The notes under the pieces were generated by a model. That model was not told the origin of the DNA, ran no database searches, and worked only from the letters and a program-made list of their open reading frames with translations. Made by a program: the position numbers and the translations under genes. This document shows, in pieces, positions 1 to 15,637 of a stretch of 64,000 nucleotides of DNA. How positions within the stretch are numbered: the stretch's first letter is position 1; every line of letters starts with the position of its first letter. This DNA is from the human T2T-CHM13v2.0 reference genome, Homo sapiens, in NCBI RefSeq assembly GCF_009914755.1, contig NC_060926.1. One strand, 5' to 3'.

Positions 1-137
1 TCCCAGCTACTAGAGATGCTGAGGCAGGAGCATCGCTTGAACCCGGGAGGCAGAAGTTTCAGCAAGCTGAGATCACGCCACTGTACTCCAGCCTGGGTGA
101 CAGAGCAAGACTCCCTCTCAAAAAATAAATAAATAAA
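1..137 (+). mobile_element. Alu right arm (cut by window start)
   Basis: Alu right-monomer sequence with (TAAA)n tail. Confidence 0.9.
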
Positions 138-269
138 GTAATTAATTAATTAAACTACAAAATAGTTAATGCAAACGTGTATTATGTTATCTTTTTACTT
201 TTTGTTTTCATTCTATTTTATTATGCACATTTTCACACTATTTCTTATGTAATGCTTTTTATGAGATTG

Positions 270-647
<378 letters not shown>

Positions 648-694
648 AAGTATGTATATATTTTTAACTAAAAAAAAAAAAAAAAAGCCCGGGG

Positions 695-870
695 CCTGAG
701 ACCCAATGTTTTCAGCTACTAACTTTGAGAACATGGGAAAATTTCTTAACTTTTAAAAATCTCAATTTACCATCTGATAAAAACAAAATAACAATATCTT
801 ACTCAATGTAGTGAGCATGAAGATTACATGAGTCACTTTAACGTGAATTTGCTTTGTTACCCATAAAATC
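695..870 (+). mobile_element. MIR fragment
   Basis: Degenerate MIR core (cttaac...ctcaattt-ccatctg-taaaa...gaagattacatgag). Confidence 0.6.
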
Positions 871-1766
871 ACATACAAATATTCTGCTAAAGTTGTGCTT
901 TCTAAATAACGGCAGCAGTTTTAAATTGTGGGTTTAATCAAGATTACAGTAATGGTGATACATTTGTAAAGAAAATGCTGTATAGTTTGGTTAGCATTCA
1001 AATGGGGTGTTTGATTTCTTCCAAAATGGAAGTCATTCTCATTAATATCTTAATAAAGTTAATAATTTTACTTTTAGCATAATTTTGAATATTAGTCTTG
1101 TTCATATAATATCAATGGTAAGGTTCTGGTGTTTTCAGCTGAGAAATTTATCATGCAAAAGAGAGCATATGTGACTTTCCAGAATTCTCCTGCCACAGAT
1201 GCCTATGGATTGAGTGGGAAGAGGCGTCTATACTGCAGTGAAGAACTGACTACCCCTTGATTCAGCCTCTTGACAAGAATGCGCTGCACCATGATATTGA
1301 TATCTGGTCCAAAAGAGAAAATACATCAGCGCCCTAAAATTATATTTTCTTCTTAAACACTGGAAAACATTAGTCCCCAAGTGGCTCATTATACCAGAAC
1401 TTATAGAGCTGTTTGGCACATGGTGAGGAATCTTTGCTGGCAGCCTCCTTCTCTCACAAAGACATATTATTCTTTTGAAAGCATGCAAAGTTTCAAGCCT
1501 TGGCAAATTGCACTAAGGTAGTATCCTTCTTCTTCTGAGGTCATACTATTCTACACACAAGTAATTTCTGCGATCCATGAAAATGGTATCTTCCTTGAAC
1601 TTTCTTGAATTGTGTAGCCAGCCACGTAACTGGATTATCTTGTACTCACAAATAGTTTTTTTTTTCCTCAGTTGATTCTCTTTTTTAAGACTTAAAATGA
1701 CTTCTTCTGCAAATAATGATAATTTGGCCTCTTTCTTTCCAATATTTATCTTCTGTTCTTACTCTT

Positions 1767-2070
<304 letters not shown>

Positions 2071-2520
2071 ATGTTCTTACTCTTGAGTAATTATATTAGC
2101 ATCAATGAGAATCTCACTCACTTAGCCAATACTTCCAGCAAATGTTAAATAATGATGATATTAGGGGCACCCTCATTTTAATCCTGATATGAATGAGAAG
2201 TTTGGTCACTGAGGATGAGTTGGCCTTTGATTTGAGATTTATTTTTCAGTCATGTTGAGAAAATATTCATTTATTCTTTCTTAACTAAGATTTTATTTTT
2301 AAAAAATAAGAATGGGTATTGGATTTTGTCAGATGCCATGTAAATCTAATAAAATGAGCCTTTTCTTCTTGTTCTATGGCACTATTAGGTCTCTGACTAT
2401 GGGGCCCTCTTGGCATTCCTGCATGAACCCCAGTTGATTATATCTTATCATTTTAATGTAATGCTGAATTTGATTTATTAATATTTAAGATTCCCCCCAT
2501 TATTGGTCTACAGTTTAAAT

Positions 2521-2521
2521 T

Positions 2522-2568
<47 letters not shown>

Positions 2569-2860
2569 TTTGAGACAGGGTCTTGCCCTGTCACCCAGGC
2601 TGGACTGCAGTGGCATGATTATGGCTCACTGCAGCCTCTTCCTCCTGGGCTCAAGTGATCCTCCCACCTGAGCCTCCCAAGTAACTTGGGCCACAGGTGC
2701 ACCTCACTTTGCCCAACTAATTTATTTATTTTTTATTTTCTTGCAGAGATGGGGTCTCCCTATGTTGCCCAGACTAGTCTTGAACTCCTGGGCTCAAGCA
2801 ATCCTCTGGCCTTGACCTCCCAAAGTACTGGGATTATAGGCATGAGCCACCATGCCCAGC
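2521..2860 (-). mobile_element. AluJ-like with (TTTA)n tail
   Basis: Reverse Alu; TSD tggtctaYagttt. Confidence 0.9.
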
Positions 2861-3516
2861 TGGTCTATAGTTTTTAATTTGTGACACTATCTTTGAAAAG
2901 TTTTGGTAATTGCAATGGATTTCCTTCTTTTACTAGGCTCCTGGTAATTTATTTATTTATTGAAGTTTTGAAATAATCAAGGGGACCCTGACACTTGAAA
3001 GTAGGAAGAAAAGTGTTTAAATGTTCTCCTTAATTTCTTAATTAAGAAACCTCTTAATTTCTTGCTGTATGTTTTTTGGTTTTTTCTCCTTGGGTCAATT
3101 TTGGTCACTTATGATTTTCTAGAAAACCCCCCGAGGTCCATGTTTTAAAATTAATTCATATATTTTTACAAAGACTTCTCATAATTATTTTGAGTCTATC
3201 TGAGTCTATCGTTAATTCTCTTTTCTTGTTTGTGCATCTCTTCATTCGTCTTTCACCTTCTTTGTCCCCTTATTCAAAAAGGACAACTAAAGAGACTTTT
3301 GTTGTGGAGATATTGACTCACCAGTAACTGGCCTTGCCCAGTGAATCACCAGGGATCTCCTCCTTGCCTCACTCCTAGTCAAGGGGTGACCACAAGGAGT
3401 CTTCCCCTGTTGCGGGAAGTCAGGGACCGAGTCCATCTTCCCTCCCTTCCATGCTCATAGTATAGCCCTGACTGGGTAACTTTCCAAACAAAAAGAGAGT
3501 CTGTTGTAGTACTTAC

Positions 3517-3621
3517 ATTGCTCACATTAAGAGCATTTGCTCTAGCGAGATTAATTTCTGGAGTATCTGGCATTATGTGTATTGAAGTTTTATCCTTGTC
3601 CCAAACCTCTCTGTACTTTGG
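3517..3621 (-). CDS. NEB: NEB exon 107 (105 nt, [11 protein letters not shown]...ALNVSN)
   Basis: cag acceptor and gtaagt donor on minus strand; one nebulin module. Confidence 0.95.
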
Positions 3622-3972
3622 CTGTGGAAAGAAACAAAAATAATAAAATTACTTCACAATTTTCATGTTGCTAGTCCCACTATGCAACTTTTAAATTTTC
3701 TTTTGGATTTGATCCAAAACCCTTTCATGTTAGGGCAAAGATTTCTGGAATCTTTTCACGTAAGTTACTCAAATTTGATATAAAATCTATATTATTCCCT
3801 TTTATTAGAGTTTTTGCTTAAAATTAATAAGCAAACCAAGACAATACTGTATTACTTAATAAAATTTTTGTTATTAATAAAGTTTTTATTATTCTAAAAT
3901 AAATGACCAGGTTTATTCTTTCTCATCTATTTATGGCATTAATTCAATTTTAATAGAGAAAAACTAACTCAC

Positions 3973-4176
3973 AATACTAATATTTTCAGCATTTGATTTA
4001 GCAAGGACCACTTCAGGTGTGTCAACAATGCTTGTGTACTTAAGGTTCACCACAGGCGTCCGATAGACACTGTCACAAAAGATATTCTGGGCGTTTTTGA
4101 CTCTCAACACTTCAGGAGACCCTTGGGGCATCCAGCCAATGCCACGCAACCACTCCAAGTCAGCCTTGTAGAGGGC
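3973..4176 (-). CDS. NEB: NEB exon 106 (204 nt, [15 protein letters not shown]...ENISI)
   Basis: cag acceptor, gtgagt donor, WLRGIGW motif. Confidence 0.95.
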
Positions 4177-4263
4177 CTGAAAAAGAAAACACAGGTAGAA
4201 GCAGGGTTTGTGTTTTGTTGTGTATGTGTGTGGTAAAATAAGGACAGTTTTTATGTTGTGTGT

Positions 4264-4694
<431 letters not shown>

Positions 4695-4899
4695 TAGCCT
4701 GACAAACATAATTCCTCAAATGCACAATGGCATTTCATTTTGCTTGGTTTTCTGTGGCAAGGGTCTGTGTGGTAGTGCCCATGTGCATTCTAAAAGGCAA
4801 AGTGATGCAGAAGCAGCTCTCCATTTGAGGGACTGCATGGAAGACTTCTGAATAATATTTAGGTTATCATCATACCATTACCAATGCAGACTTTAAAGC

Positions 4900-5795
<896 letters not shown>

Positions 5796-6223
5796 ATTAA
5801 GAATTCGATCACTACTTCCACAATTTTGGTCTCCAGAAACTGTCTTAAATATACCACTTGGCAATGCATTTTAAGTGATGAGCATGCTTTCCTGTAATGA
5901 ACTCATTCATTATAAAAAAGTACCTCTGGAAGCTTAAGGGAACCAAGGTCAGATAATTTTTAAGTTATCCATTCTATACAGGAAATAAATAACCGTCTGT
6001 AATCCATCATTTCCAAAAGTTTGAAGGGCGGAAAATACGAGTAAATCTAAAAATGCCTTAGGTGAGTTAATGAAAGACCACATTGTGAAGAACGTCAAGT
6101 AAAAGGAAACAAGTGGTCTGGAGTGTGCTGCTAACTTTTCAAATTAAGTTTGAGGAAGATGGTCCTGCCCTTCTTTGATTCATAGCTGAAGGACCATGGA
6201 CATTCTTCTGTTTAAGAAACTGC

Positions 6224-6437
6224 CCCAGCACTTTGGGAGGCCAAGGCAGGTGGATCACCTGAGGTCAGGGGTTTGAGACCAGCCTGGCCAACATGATGAA
6301 ACCCTGCCTCTACTAAAAAATAAAAAAATCAGCCGACTGTGGTGGCATGTGCTTGTAATCCCAGCTACTTGGGAGGCTGAGGCAGAAGAATCGCTTGAAC
6401 CCGGGAGGCAGAGGTTGCAGTGAGCTGAGACTCCAGC
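6224..6437 (+). mobile_element. Truncated Alu (copies at 16884-17099, 27427-27643)
   Basis: Alu body lacking both termini. Confidence 0.88.
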
Positions 6438-6449
6438 CAGGGCCACAGG

Positions 6450-6610
6450 GCAAGGGAAGGAGGGAAGGAGGGAAAGAGACAAGGAGGGAAGGAGGGAAGG
6501 AAGGAAGGAAGGAGAGAAGGAGGGAAGGAAGGAAGGAAGGAGGGAAGGAAGGAAGGAAGGAGAGAAGGAAGGAACGAAGGAAGGAATGAAGGAAGGAAGG
6601 AAGGAAGGGC
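6450..6610. repeat. Imperfect (GGAA/GGGA)n microsatellite
   Basis: ~160 bp purine tract; only ~4 units in copies A and B. Confidence 0.92.
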
Positions 6611-6616
6611 GGGCAA

Positions 6617-6950
<334 letters not shown>

Positions 6951-7154
6951 TTAACAAATCTATAGGAAAATTCTGGTAGCACCTTTAACAATGAAAACTT
7001 TCTGAAGAAACCTGGCTGTAGGTAGGCAATTAATAATTCTGATAAAATAATAATAAAGTGGAGTGCCTACGTACAGAGAGTTGTGTTTTCAGAGCATTGG
7101 AAGGAGCCATCAGGCAAAGCAATGGGGGACTTGTTTCCTGGGGGACACACTTAC

Positions 7155-7466
7155 GTCGCTCTGTAGGTCGTAGGCTTTCCTGGCTTGGATCACATCATTC
7201 TGGTCGGGAAAGCAAGACCAGCGGTGCAGGTAATGGCGATAGTCCACATCACTTGCCAGTGCCTGACCTTCTTTGGCAGCGCTGATGGACACCATGTCCA
7301 CAGGGATGGAGATCTTGGCTTTGTGGTCGTTGTAGGCCTTTTTGTACAGCCTGTCATTCTGCATCTTCAACACATTTGCTGCCCAAACCAGTTTAGGGTC
7401 TTCCTTGGCGCTGCGACAGCCAATGTAATGGCCTTTCTGTTTCTCATAAGCAGTTTTGTACAGATA
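7155..7466 (-). CDS. NEB: NEB exon 105 (312 nt, YLYKTAYEKQK...YDLQSD)
   Basis: cag/gtaagt boundaries; TRI copy C. Confidence 0.95.
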
Positions 7467-7807
7467 CTGGTAGATGTGAACAGAAAATAGAAGAGTAATT
7501 TTTCCAAACCCACTTTTTCTAGAGAGCCTACTCAAACTAACTCCATCTCCCTTAGTTTACCTTTTTTGGGGGGGTCGGGGAATACTGTTTTTATTTAAAT
7601 TCAAGCCATAAGTTTTGATACATTGGTTTGTCTTCTGTGTCTACATGCATGAAAACATTGAGAGCATCTCTTAGGCAAGAACTGTGTTGCTGGATTATCT
7701 CCCAATATAGCCTGGCCACCTTCAGATGTTTTGTCACACACAAGTACCAGTTGTACTTCTTATTACTTTAAATCAAATTAATTCTTTGTTGAAATTTTTT
7801 TTATTTT

Positions 7808-8115
7808 ACTTTTCTTTTCTTTTTTTTTTTGAGACAGAGTCTCGCTCTGCTCCCCAGGCTAGAGTGCAGTAGCACGATCTCGGCTCACTTGCAATCTCCA
7901 CCTCCTGGGTTCAAGTGATTCTCCTGCCTCTGCCTCCCCAGTAGCTGGGATTACAGGCATCCGCCACCATGCCCAGCTAATTTTTGTATTTTTAGTAGAG
8001 ACAGGGTTTCACCGTGTTGGCCAGGCTGGTCTCGAACTCCTGACCTCAAGTGATCCACCCGCCTTGGCCTCCCAAAATGCTGGGATTTACAGGCATGAGC
8101 CACCATGCCTTGCCT
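7808..8115 (-). mobile_element. Alu (AluS-like)
   Basis: Full reverse Alu. Confidence 0.92.
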
Positions 8116-8605
8116 GAAATAATTTTTAATTATAAACTTATTTTAAAATTTTATTTAAAAATGTATAACCCTATCTACGTGGAAAAAAACAGTATATTTC
8201 TAGCACACATTAAAACAACCATATAACTATTTTAAAAAAATACTTGTGCATGTACTACATAAAATTATTATAGGAAACACCGGTAGTATACACGCCACAC
8301 TTTGAGTAACAACAGAATTCTCTGTACTATGAAATTAAATCTCTTTAAGTACTTGTAAATTAAGTGACATTGTGAAGATATTGAAAAGAAAATCAAAATC
8401 TGTGCTTAAACGCAAGAGTTGCAGAACCAAACATAGATGCAAAAGGATCCTCAGATTGTAAGAGTTGTTCTTGAATTTAGGATTTACAAATATACTAATA
8501 ACAATGACCCAATTCCATTTAAATATAATTCAAAGGGCATTAAGTTAAACTCCCTCTATTTCTACTAGTTAGTGTTTGTTCCGGTTGGGAAGGAGGAGCT
8601 CTTAC

Positions 8606-8713
8606 GTCACTGGCAATATCCCTGGAAGCCTTGGCATGCTGGATCCCAATGGCATCTGCTCGCAGGTCATAACCAGTCATCTTGACATCTTCCCAAGCTT
8701 GCTGATAGCGTTT
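8606..8713 (-). CDS. NEB: NEB exon 104 (108 nt, [11 protein letters not shown]...DIASD)
   Basis: cag/gtaaga boundaries. Confidence 0.95.
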
Positions 8714-9291
8714 CTGCAAACAGAGAGTGCAATGCCACAGTCAGTCTGAAGAGGGAGCTACTGAGTCAGCATTACTGATGTATTTAAAAATAGATATTTA
8801 CAGTTACACTGAACATTAATGTCTCCTTAAGATTTATGAAAGAGTCTGGTTTCATATTGAGCTTGAATTCCAGTAGATTTTTAATGACATTTAGTAAAGC
8901 TCTCTCCCAATAATTATTTTTTGAAGAAGGAAACTTAGGAGATAATAAATCATGTAAAAATCAGAAAAAAACATATTGCTTGGCTTTTACAAGGAAAAAG
9001 CAATGATGGATGGCCCACCAAAACCTGAGAACTAGGTATTACTCTACGTGTATCTATAAGTTTTATGTTGTGTTTTTGGAGAAACCATTCCATTTTTCCT
9101 TCCAACAAATATTGAGATGTACATTATACAGACACACGCAGACCCACACAGCTACTTATCATTAACTTAAAGACTAGAAATAAAAGGAATGGGAAGAAAA
9201 TGCCTTTTGACAAACTCTCTTTGGGGTGTATAATAAAAGGTTTGGTTAGGCAGAGAGCACTGTGAAAAGCAAATGATGTGCGCTGTCTTAC

Positions 9292-9396
9292 ATTGCTGAT
9301 CTGCAGGGCATTGATTTTGGATTGCAGCATCAGGGGAGTGTCAGCTGGCACGTTCACATTAGCCTTCTCTTTCTCCCAGGCATCGCGATACAATGG
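9292..9396 (-). CDS. NEB: NEB exon 103 (105 nt, PLYRDAWEKEK...LQISN)
   Basis: cag/gtaaga boundaries. Confidence 0.95.
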
Positions 9397-10272
9397 CTGG
9401 GAAAAATGAAAAACGATGGAATGGTCAATTAGTAAATAAGTCAATTACCACATAAATAAAATTATAAAGTCATAAAACATACTTGAATAAATGGATGATG
9501 AAAAAAATTTTAAGTGAATTTTATAATAAATTAAAACTAACATAAGTAAATTAAAATTTTTAAGTAAGATTAATAGGTAAATCTAATTTTATATTAAATA
9601 ATAAGCAAAATGAAAAGTTCTTTTTGGATGTTCTCCGATATAAACGTAGATTATACATAGCATAAGCCACTGCACCTTGCCTCCTTTGCACTTTTATTTA
9701 AAAGGTGCCAATAGTGACTTCAATAAGAACACATTTATGTGTGATACAACATAATTTAAAATGAGTCAGAAATATGGTAGTAAAATTATTCTTTTCCATT
9801 TACTCACATCTAATTATCAGATGGGTAAGTCCACATTGCAGATAGCTCTGATAATTCCCATTGCTGAGCAGGACCTAGCTGTTTTTGGTCCAAATAACTA
9901 CCATAATGTCTAACATTGAAGTTGTCCCTAGACTTCTCAACCTATTTCAAGCAATAAAGAAGTGGCAATTTTGTGATTATAGTACTAAGTGGTGGGCCTA
10001 TATTATGGTCTGGATCTCCAAATGTGATCAAAGTGTGTATCAGGGTGTGTAGAACATGAAGATGCCCACCACATGTGCATTGACCAAACACTTATCAAAG
10101 CAAATGAAATCCAGAGGCTGCTAAGAGACTGACTACACAAAGATCCATCTGGATACATGCAAACGTGTTTCAGATCCTGACGCTGACATGAAGAGTCTAA
10201 AGTTCACGTTTAAAATTCTTCTGGATTCAGATTTCTTCCATTTGTCTGAAAACATCATCCACCTGGACTTAC

Positions 10273-10476
10273 CTCACTGATCTGTACAGCATTGATCTTT
10301 GCCTGGATTACTTCCGGGGTGTCAACAATGCTGGTGAATTTGAGGGCCTCAGGCTTTATACGATACAGCCTTTCATTCAAGAGATTCTGGGCATTCTTCA
10401 CTCTCATCACTTCCACAGAACCCTCTGGCAGCCATCCAATACCCTTCAGCCATTCCAGGTCTGACTTGTACAAGTT
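10273..10476 (-). CDS. NEB: NEB exon 102 (204 nt, NLYKSDLEWLKGIGW...VQISE)
   Basis: tag/gtaagt boundaries; WLKGIGW. Confidence 0.95.
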
Positions 10477-11263
10477 CTACATGAAGGAGAGGAACACAGA
10501 GTGGGGAAGAGTCAAAGTTGCCCATAAGAGTTTGATGCTTGCAAACCACACATCACCTCTGTTTAAATCAGTTAGGTGGCTAATCTCATAAAACTCAAGG
10601 ATCAACATTAAATGTTAATATTGGGTGTTATCTCTCTGGCACACATGGGAGAAGTTTAGAGTATCCTGCAGGAATTGGAACAGGGCTCACAAGTGGCACT
10701 TGGTGGAACGGCAGCCAGCAATGGCACATAACTTTGTATGCTTGGATTAGTTTCTACACTCACCACTTGAAGTCTGCCTTTTATGTACCACTGGAAGTAA
10801 CATCAGTAATAACATCAGTTGGATCTTAGGAGGTAAAGAACCTTAGATGTATGCGTAATGAGAAAAAAATACATACCTGTATCGATATCCACCCTGCCCC
10901 CCATCTCTCTCTCTTTCTGTGTCAAGTAAACATGAAATCCAACATTTCCTTATGCTTACATCTACTTATGAAATATGTATATGATTATGCAAAGGTAACG
11001 GCTCAGAGCAGCTGCAACTGAAATTTTCTACCTAATTACATAGAATAAGAGACTGATTTTCATCTTGGTAAATAAGGTCTTGCTACCATAAGAAGGAGTC
11101 CTCTATAAGATAGAAAATGTCTGGGGAAAACTCTGCTACCATGAATTGTACAGAATATGTTAGGTTCTATTAAGATTACCATTTAAATTATGCCTCTGGG
11201 GAATGCACTGGATTTAAACACACAAATACACATCTCCCCGGGGTCTGGCGATAATATACGCAC

Positions 11264-11575
11264 ATCGCTCTGCAGGTCGTAGGCTTTCTTGGCCTGGATC
11301 ACATCGTTCTGATCTGGCAGACACGTCCACTGGTGCAGATAATTGCGATAATCAATGTCGCTAACCAGGACCTGGCATTTCTTGGCTTGAACAATTGACA
11401 TCATGTCCAACGGTGTGTTGTGAATTCCTTTAGACTTCTCATAAGCTTTCTTATATTCTCTGTCACTCTGGATCTTGGCAGCATGTATAGCCCATACTGA
11501 CTTGGGGTCATCTTGTAGGGTGCGGAAACCCATGTGGTGGCCCAGTTGCTTACGGTAACCTTCTTTGTATTTGTA
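11264..11575 (-). CDS. NEB: NEB exon 101 (312 nt, [12 protein letters not shown]...YDLQSD)
   Basis: tag/gtgcgt boundaries. Confidence 0.95.
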
Positions 11576-12501
11576 CTAAAGTAGTAAGAAATCATATTAA
11601 AAAGACATATGAAAATAATGTATTAAGAGGGGTTTTCTAATTTAAATGGTTTCAGTATGTTTTCTTAGCCTTGGTATAAATTGGCTCAACATTGGCAGTC
11701 ATTACATATTTCAGTTCACTTTAAAGGAATTAGATAATACGATTTTAGGTCATTTCAGAGAGGACATGAGTAAATCAGGAGGGAGATGGTATGGTGAACA
11801 AGAGTAATGAAAACAATAGCTAACATTTACTAAGTAATTACTCTATGCCGGACACTATTATGACTACTTCTAATGTGTTGGGTAGATCCACATGAAACTA
11901 CCATGTTTTTCGGTCAAAAATCATTGACTGGTGGCAATTATGATCACAGTTCATCCTCACAATGTCTCTATGAGGTAGATACTATTATTAACATATATTC
12001 CAGTTGGGGAAAACAAGGCACAGGTGATAATCTCCATCACCAAGTTTCCCTGACAAGTGCAACATTAGGTCAAATGATCTCCTAAGAGTACTGAAGGAAC
12101 CTCAGGTAGGGAGAGGTCATACGTGTGTGGTTTTGGAAACAGACAAGAAAGATGCATGTTTCAAGGATGGAAAGCAAGGCTGTGGCTTGAATCAGAAGAT
12201 AACAACAAAAGTTCTGTGGACAAGAGTTTCCATCTGATGAGTGTCTCAGGACTAGTGTAAGGTGGTTTCTGTTTCTTTCCTATGTTTGGACAACATAGGC
12301 AAGTTTGAACAAAGAGAGAGAAAACTGGGAATCAAGCAGATAACGTGGACTAGCTATGGTTATTAGAGGCAAAAATGAAGAATAAGAAGGAGGAAACAAC
12401 TGGCTACATGATGAAAATCAGAGAAGAACGCAGAGAAAGGGAACAAGGTGGCTTAAAGAGTTGGAGCTGGGGGCAGGGTGCACCTGGTAGCATAATTATT
12501 C

Positions 12502-12836
<335 letters not shown>

Positions 12837-13316
12837 TAATTATTTTGACCACTAGTAAGTTTTAAAATTAGAATTAAATGAAGTTCCAAAGATTACTAAG
12901 AGTATTCTACATAAGCCTCCAGTATAAAATCTTGCATATAAATATGATTTCAGTCTTAAGTCTTATATGAAACTATCATCTGTGACTTATATTTGTGGAG
13001 AATGTCAGAAATATTTTAGGGATAAAAATGACATTGTATTGGGTCCTGAATTTTCCCAGGAATTTAATACAGACTCTTCATGATGTTTTGTTTCTACTTT
13101 GTAACAGCATCAAAGTAAATTTACACATATACCTCATCTATGCTAACTTTAATGTTTTCCATTCCATTTTAATATTTTCAAATACAGAAAGCTTCTAGCA
13201 CAGGATGAGATGCAATTCTATGCACAGATTTTTTAAAAACACAAAATTCTTGAAAAATAGTCTCCCTGCTCGTTTTGTAGAAAAGAAAAACCACAAGAAA
13301 AGAGAAGGAAGCGTAC

Positions 13317-13424
13317 CTCACTGGCAATTTCTCTGGAGGCCTTGGCGTGCTTGATTTCAATGGCATCTGCCCTTATGTCATAGCCTTTCTGCTTGGTGTC
13401 ATTCCAGTCTTTTTGGTAGAGTTT
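13317..13424 (-). CDS. NEB: NEB exon 100 (108 nt, KLYQKDWNDTK...EIASE)
   Basis: tag/gtacgc boundaries. Confidence 0.95.
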
Positions 13425-14214
13425 CTATAGAGGGAAAATAAAGGTTTGTTTACAAGAATGGAAAAATAAGCAAATTTACTCAAATTTGTCATAATATAAA
13501 TCATAAAGAATATGGTAATGTAGTCAATATAAGAAAAAAGCATTCATTTCTGGGTTCTTTTCGTTGTTGGATATTTCCTCTGTGGTGTACAGGATACTTC
13601 TGGTTAAAATTTTAAAGCTAAACATCAAACTCTATTAATGTTTGAATATTTGCATCCATCACAATATGGTATGCATTTGAAAATATCCCACTACAAGTAC
13701 ATGGAACCTAAGGATCAATGGGGAAGCCAGAGAATCTTTATCAAGATATCAGGTAAGATCTGATAAGATTTTTCTCCCCCTAATTTTGTCCTTTGACTTT
13801 TCAGAAGTTTCTGCTAAAGGGTTGTGACATAGATATCATACATAGCCCGCCATTTGGATGTAATTAAAAATGGTCCTTTGTCTTTCTTACGGCCTTGAAA
13901 TGTCAAATGAAAAAGTCCTGGATCAATAAGAAAAACCTAAGATGATAACAGAGACTGTTAAGAGTGAAGGAGGACACCAAAAGGATTCAGGTGTCCCAAA
14001 TCCTGCAGTCTAGGCACCCACCGATGTATCCAAGCACACATTTAAAAGAGAGAAACTCCATTCATATCGCATTGGGACTGGTAGCTAAAGAGAAAATGTC
14101 TAGCACCAAAAGCCACAAACATTGCAAGGTAGGTAATTTGTCGCTATAACAATCTCCATGAGCAGACAGATATTGCCCATAAAGGCTTTTACACTTCATG
14201 TTCGTGCCACTTAC

Positions 14215-14319
14215 ATTGCTGATTTGCAAGGCATTGATGTGGGCCTGCAGCATCTCCGGAGTATCAGAAGGAATGGTGATGTTGCTTTTATCTTTATTCC
14301 AGGCTTCCTGATACAGTTT
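14215..14319 (-). CDS. NEB: NEB exon 99 (105 nt, KLYQEAWNKDK...LQISN)
   Basis: cag/gtaagt boundaries. Confidence 0.95.
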
Positions 14320-14446
14320 CTGTGGAGAGGAGGGAAATAGGGAATCAATATCTGAAACATTAAGCCTTAGCTAATGTTTGGCTAATAGTTAACTAATGTA
14401 AGCCTTAGCTAACTACTCAATCTGGAAAAACGTTTTTACATATGTT

Positions 14447-14890
14447 TATAATGGTTAACTTTATGTGTCAGCTTGGCTGGGGCATGGTACCCAGATATTT
14501 AGTCAAACATTATTTTAGGTGTTTCTGTGAAAGTATTGTTAAAATGAAGTTAACATTTAAATCAGTAGATTCCAAGTAAAGGAGACTACCCTTCATGATG
14601 TGGGTGAGCCTTATCTAATTAGTTGAAGACCTTGATAGAAAAGACAAACCTCCCCAGTAAAAAGGAATTCTGCCAGCAGATGGCCTTTGGGTTTGAATTG
14701 CAACACATCCCTCAGTCTCTAGCCGGCTGGCCTACCCTGCAGACTTTGGACTTGCCAGCCTGCATGATCTCAGGAGCCAATTTCTTAAAGTCTCTCTCTT
14801 CTGTGTGTGTGTACAAACACACACACACAAACACACACACACACACAGCCCCTATTGGTTCTGTTTCTCTAGAGAATCTGGACTAATACA
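14447..14890. mobile_element. MLT2-family (ERVL) solo LTR
   Basis: Starts tataatggttaactttatgtgtcagcttg, ends cctattggttctgtttctctagagaa..ctaataca; 5-bp TSD atgtt; internal CA repeat. Confidence 0.85.
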
Positions 14891-15183
14891 ATGTTATGTT
14901 ATTATGTAGCATGACACTACATGTCTTAGTATTTAATATGAGGTCAACAAATATTTGTGTTCCTGAGTTGCCAGGGAGTGACATTTTCACTGCAGTGCTT
15001 CAAAGTGTGTATGTGTGGTAGAAGAAAGGCATGTTGGTGTTTGTCAGAGTTCTATTTTCAGTGTATCTGCACTAGTGAAGACATTTTTAGAGTTGCTCGT
15101 CTCACCAAAATTCTTTGAAGAAGTCCAGTCTACGGGCTCAGTTTGGGTGGTATCTTTGGAAAAGATAGTAGGATGGTTCTTAC

Positions 15184-15637
<454 letters not shown>

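Noticed and set aside
1228-1506. 92-aa minus-strand ORF in intron 107 as a possible extra exon
   Set aside because: No nebulin motif, non-ATG start, no convincing splice sites
14361-14411. Direct repeat taagccttagctaa twice upstream of exon 99/91/83
   Set aside because: Short local duplication; the ACUAAY (QKI) reading is on the non-transcribed strand
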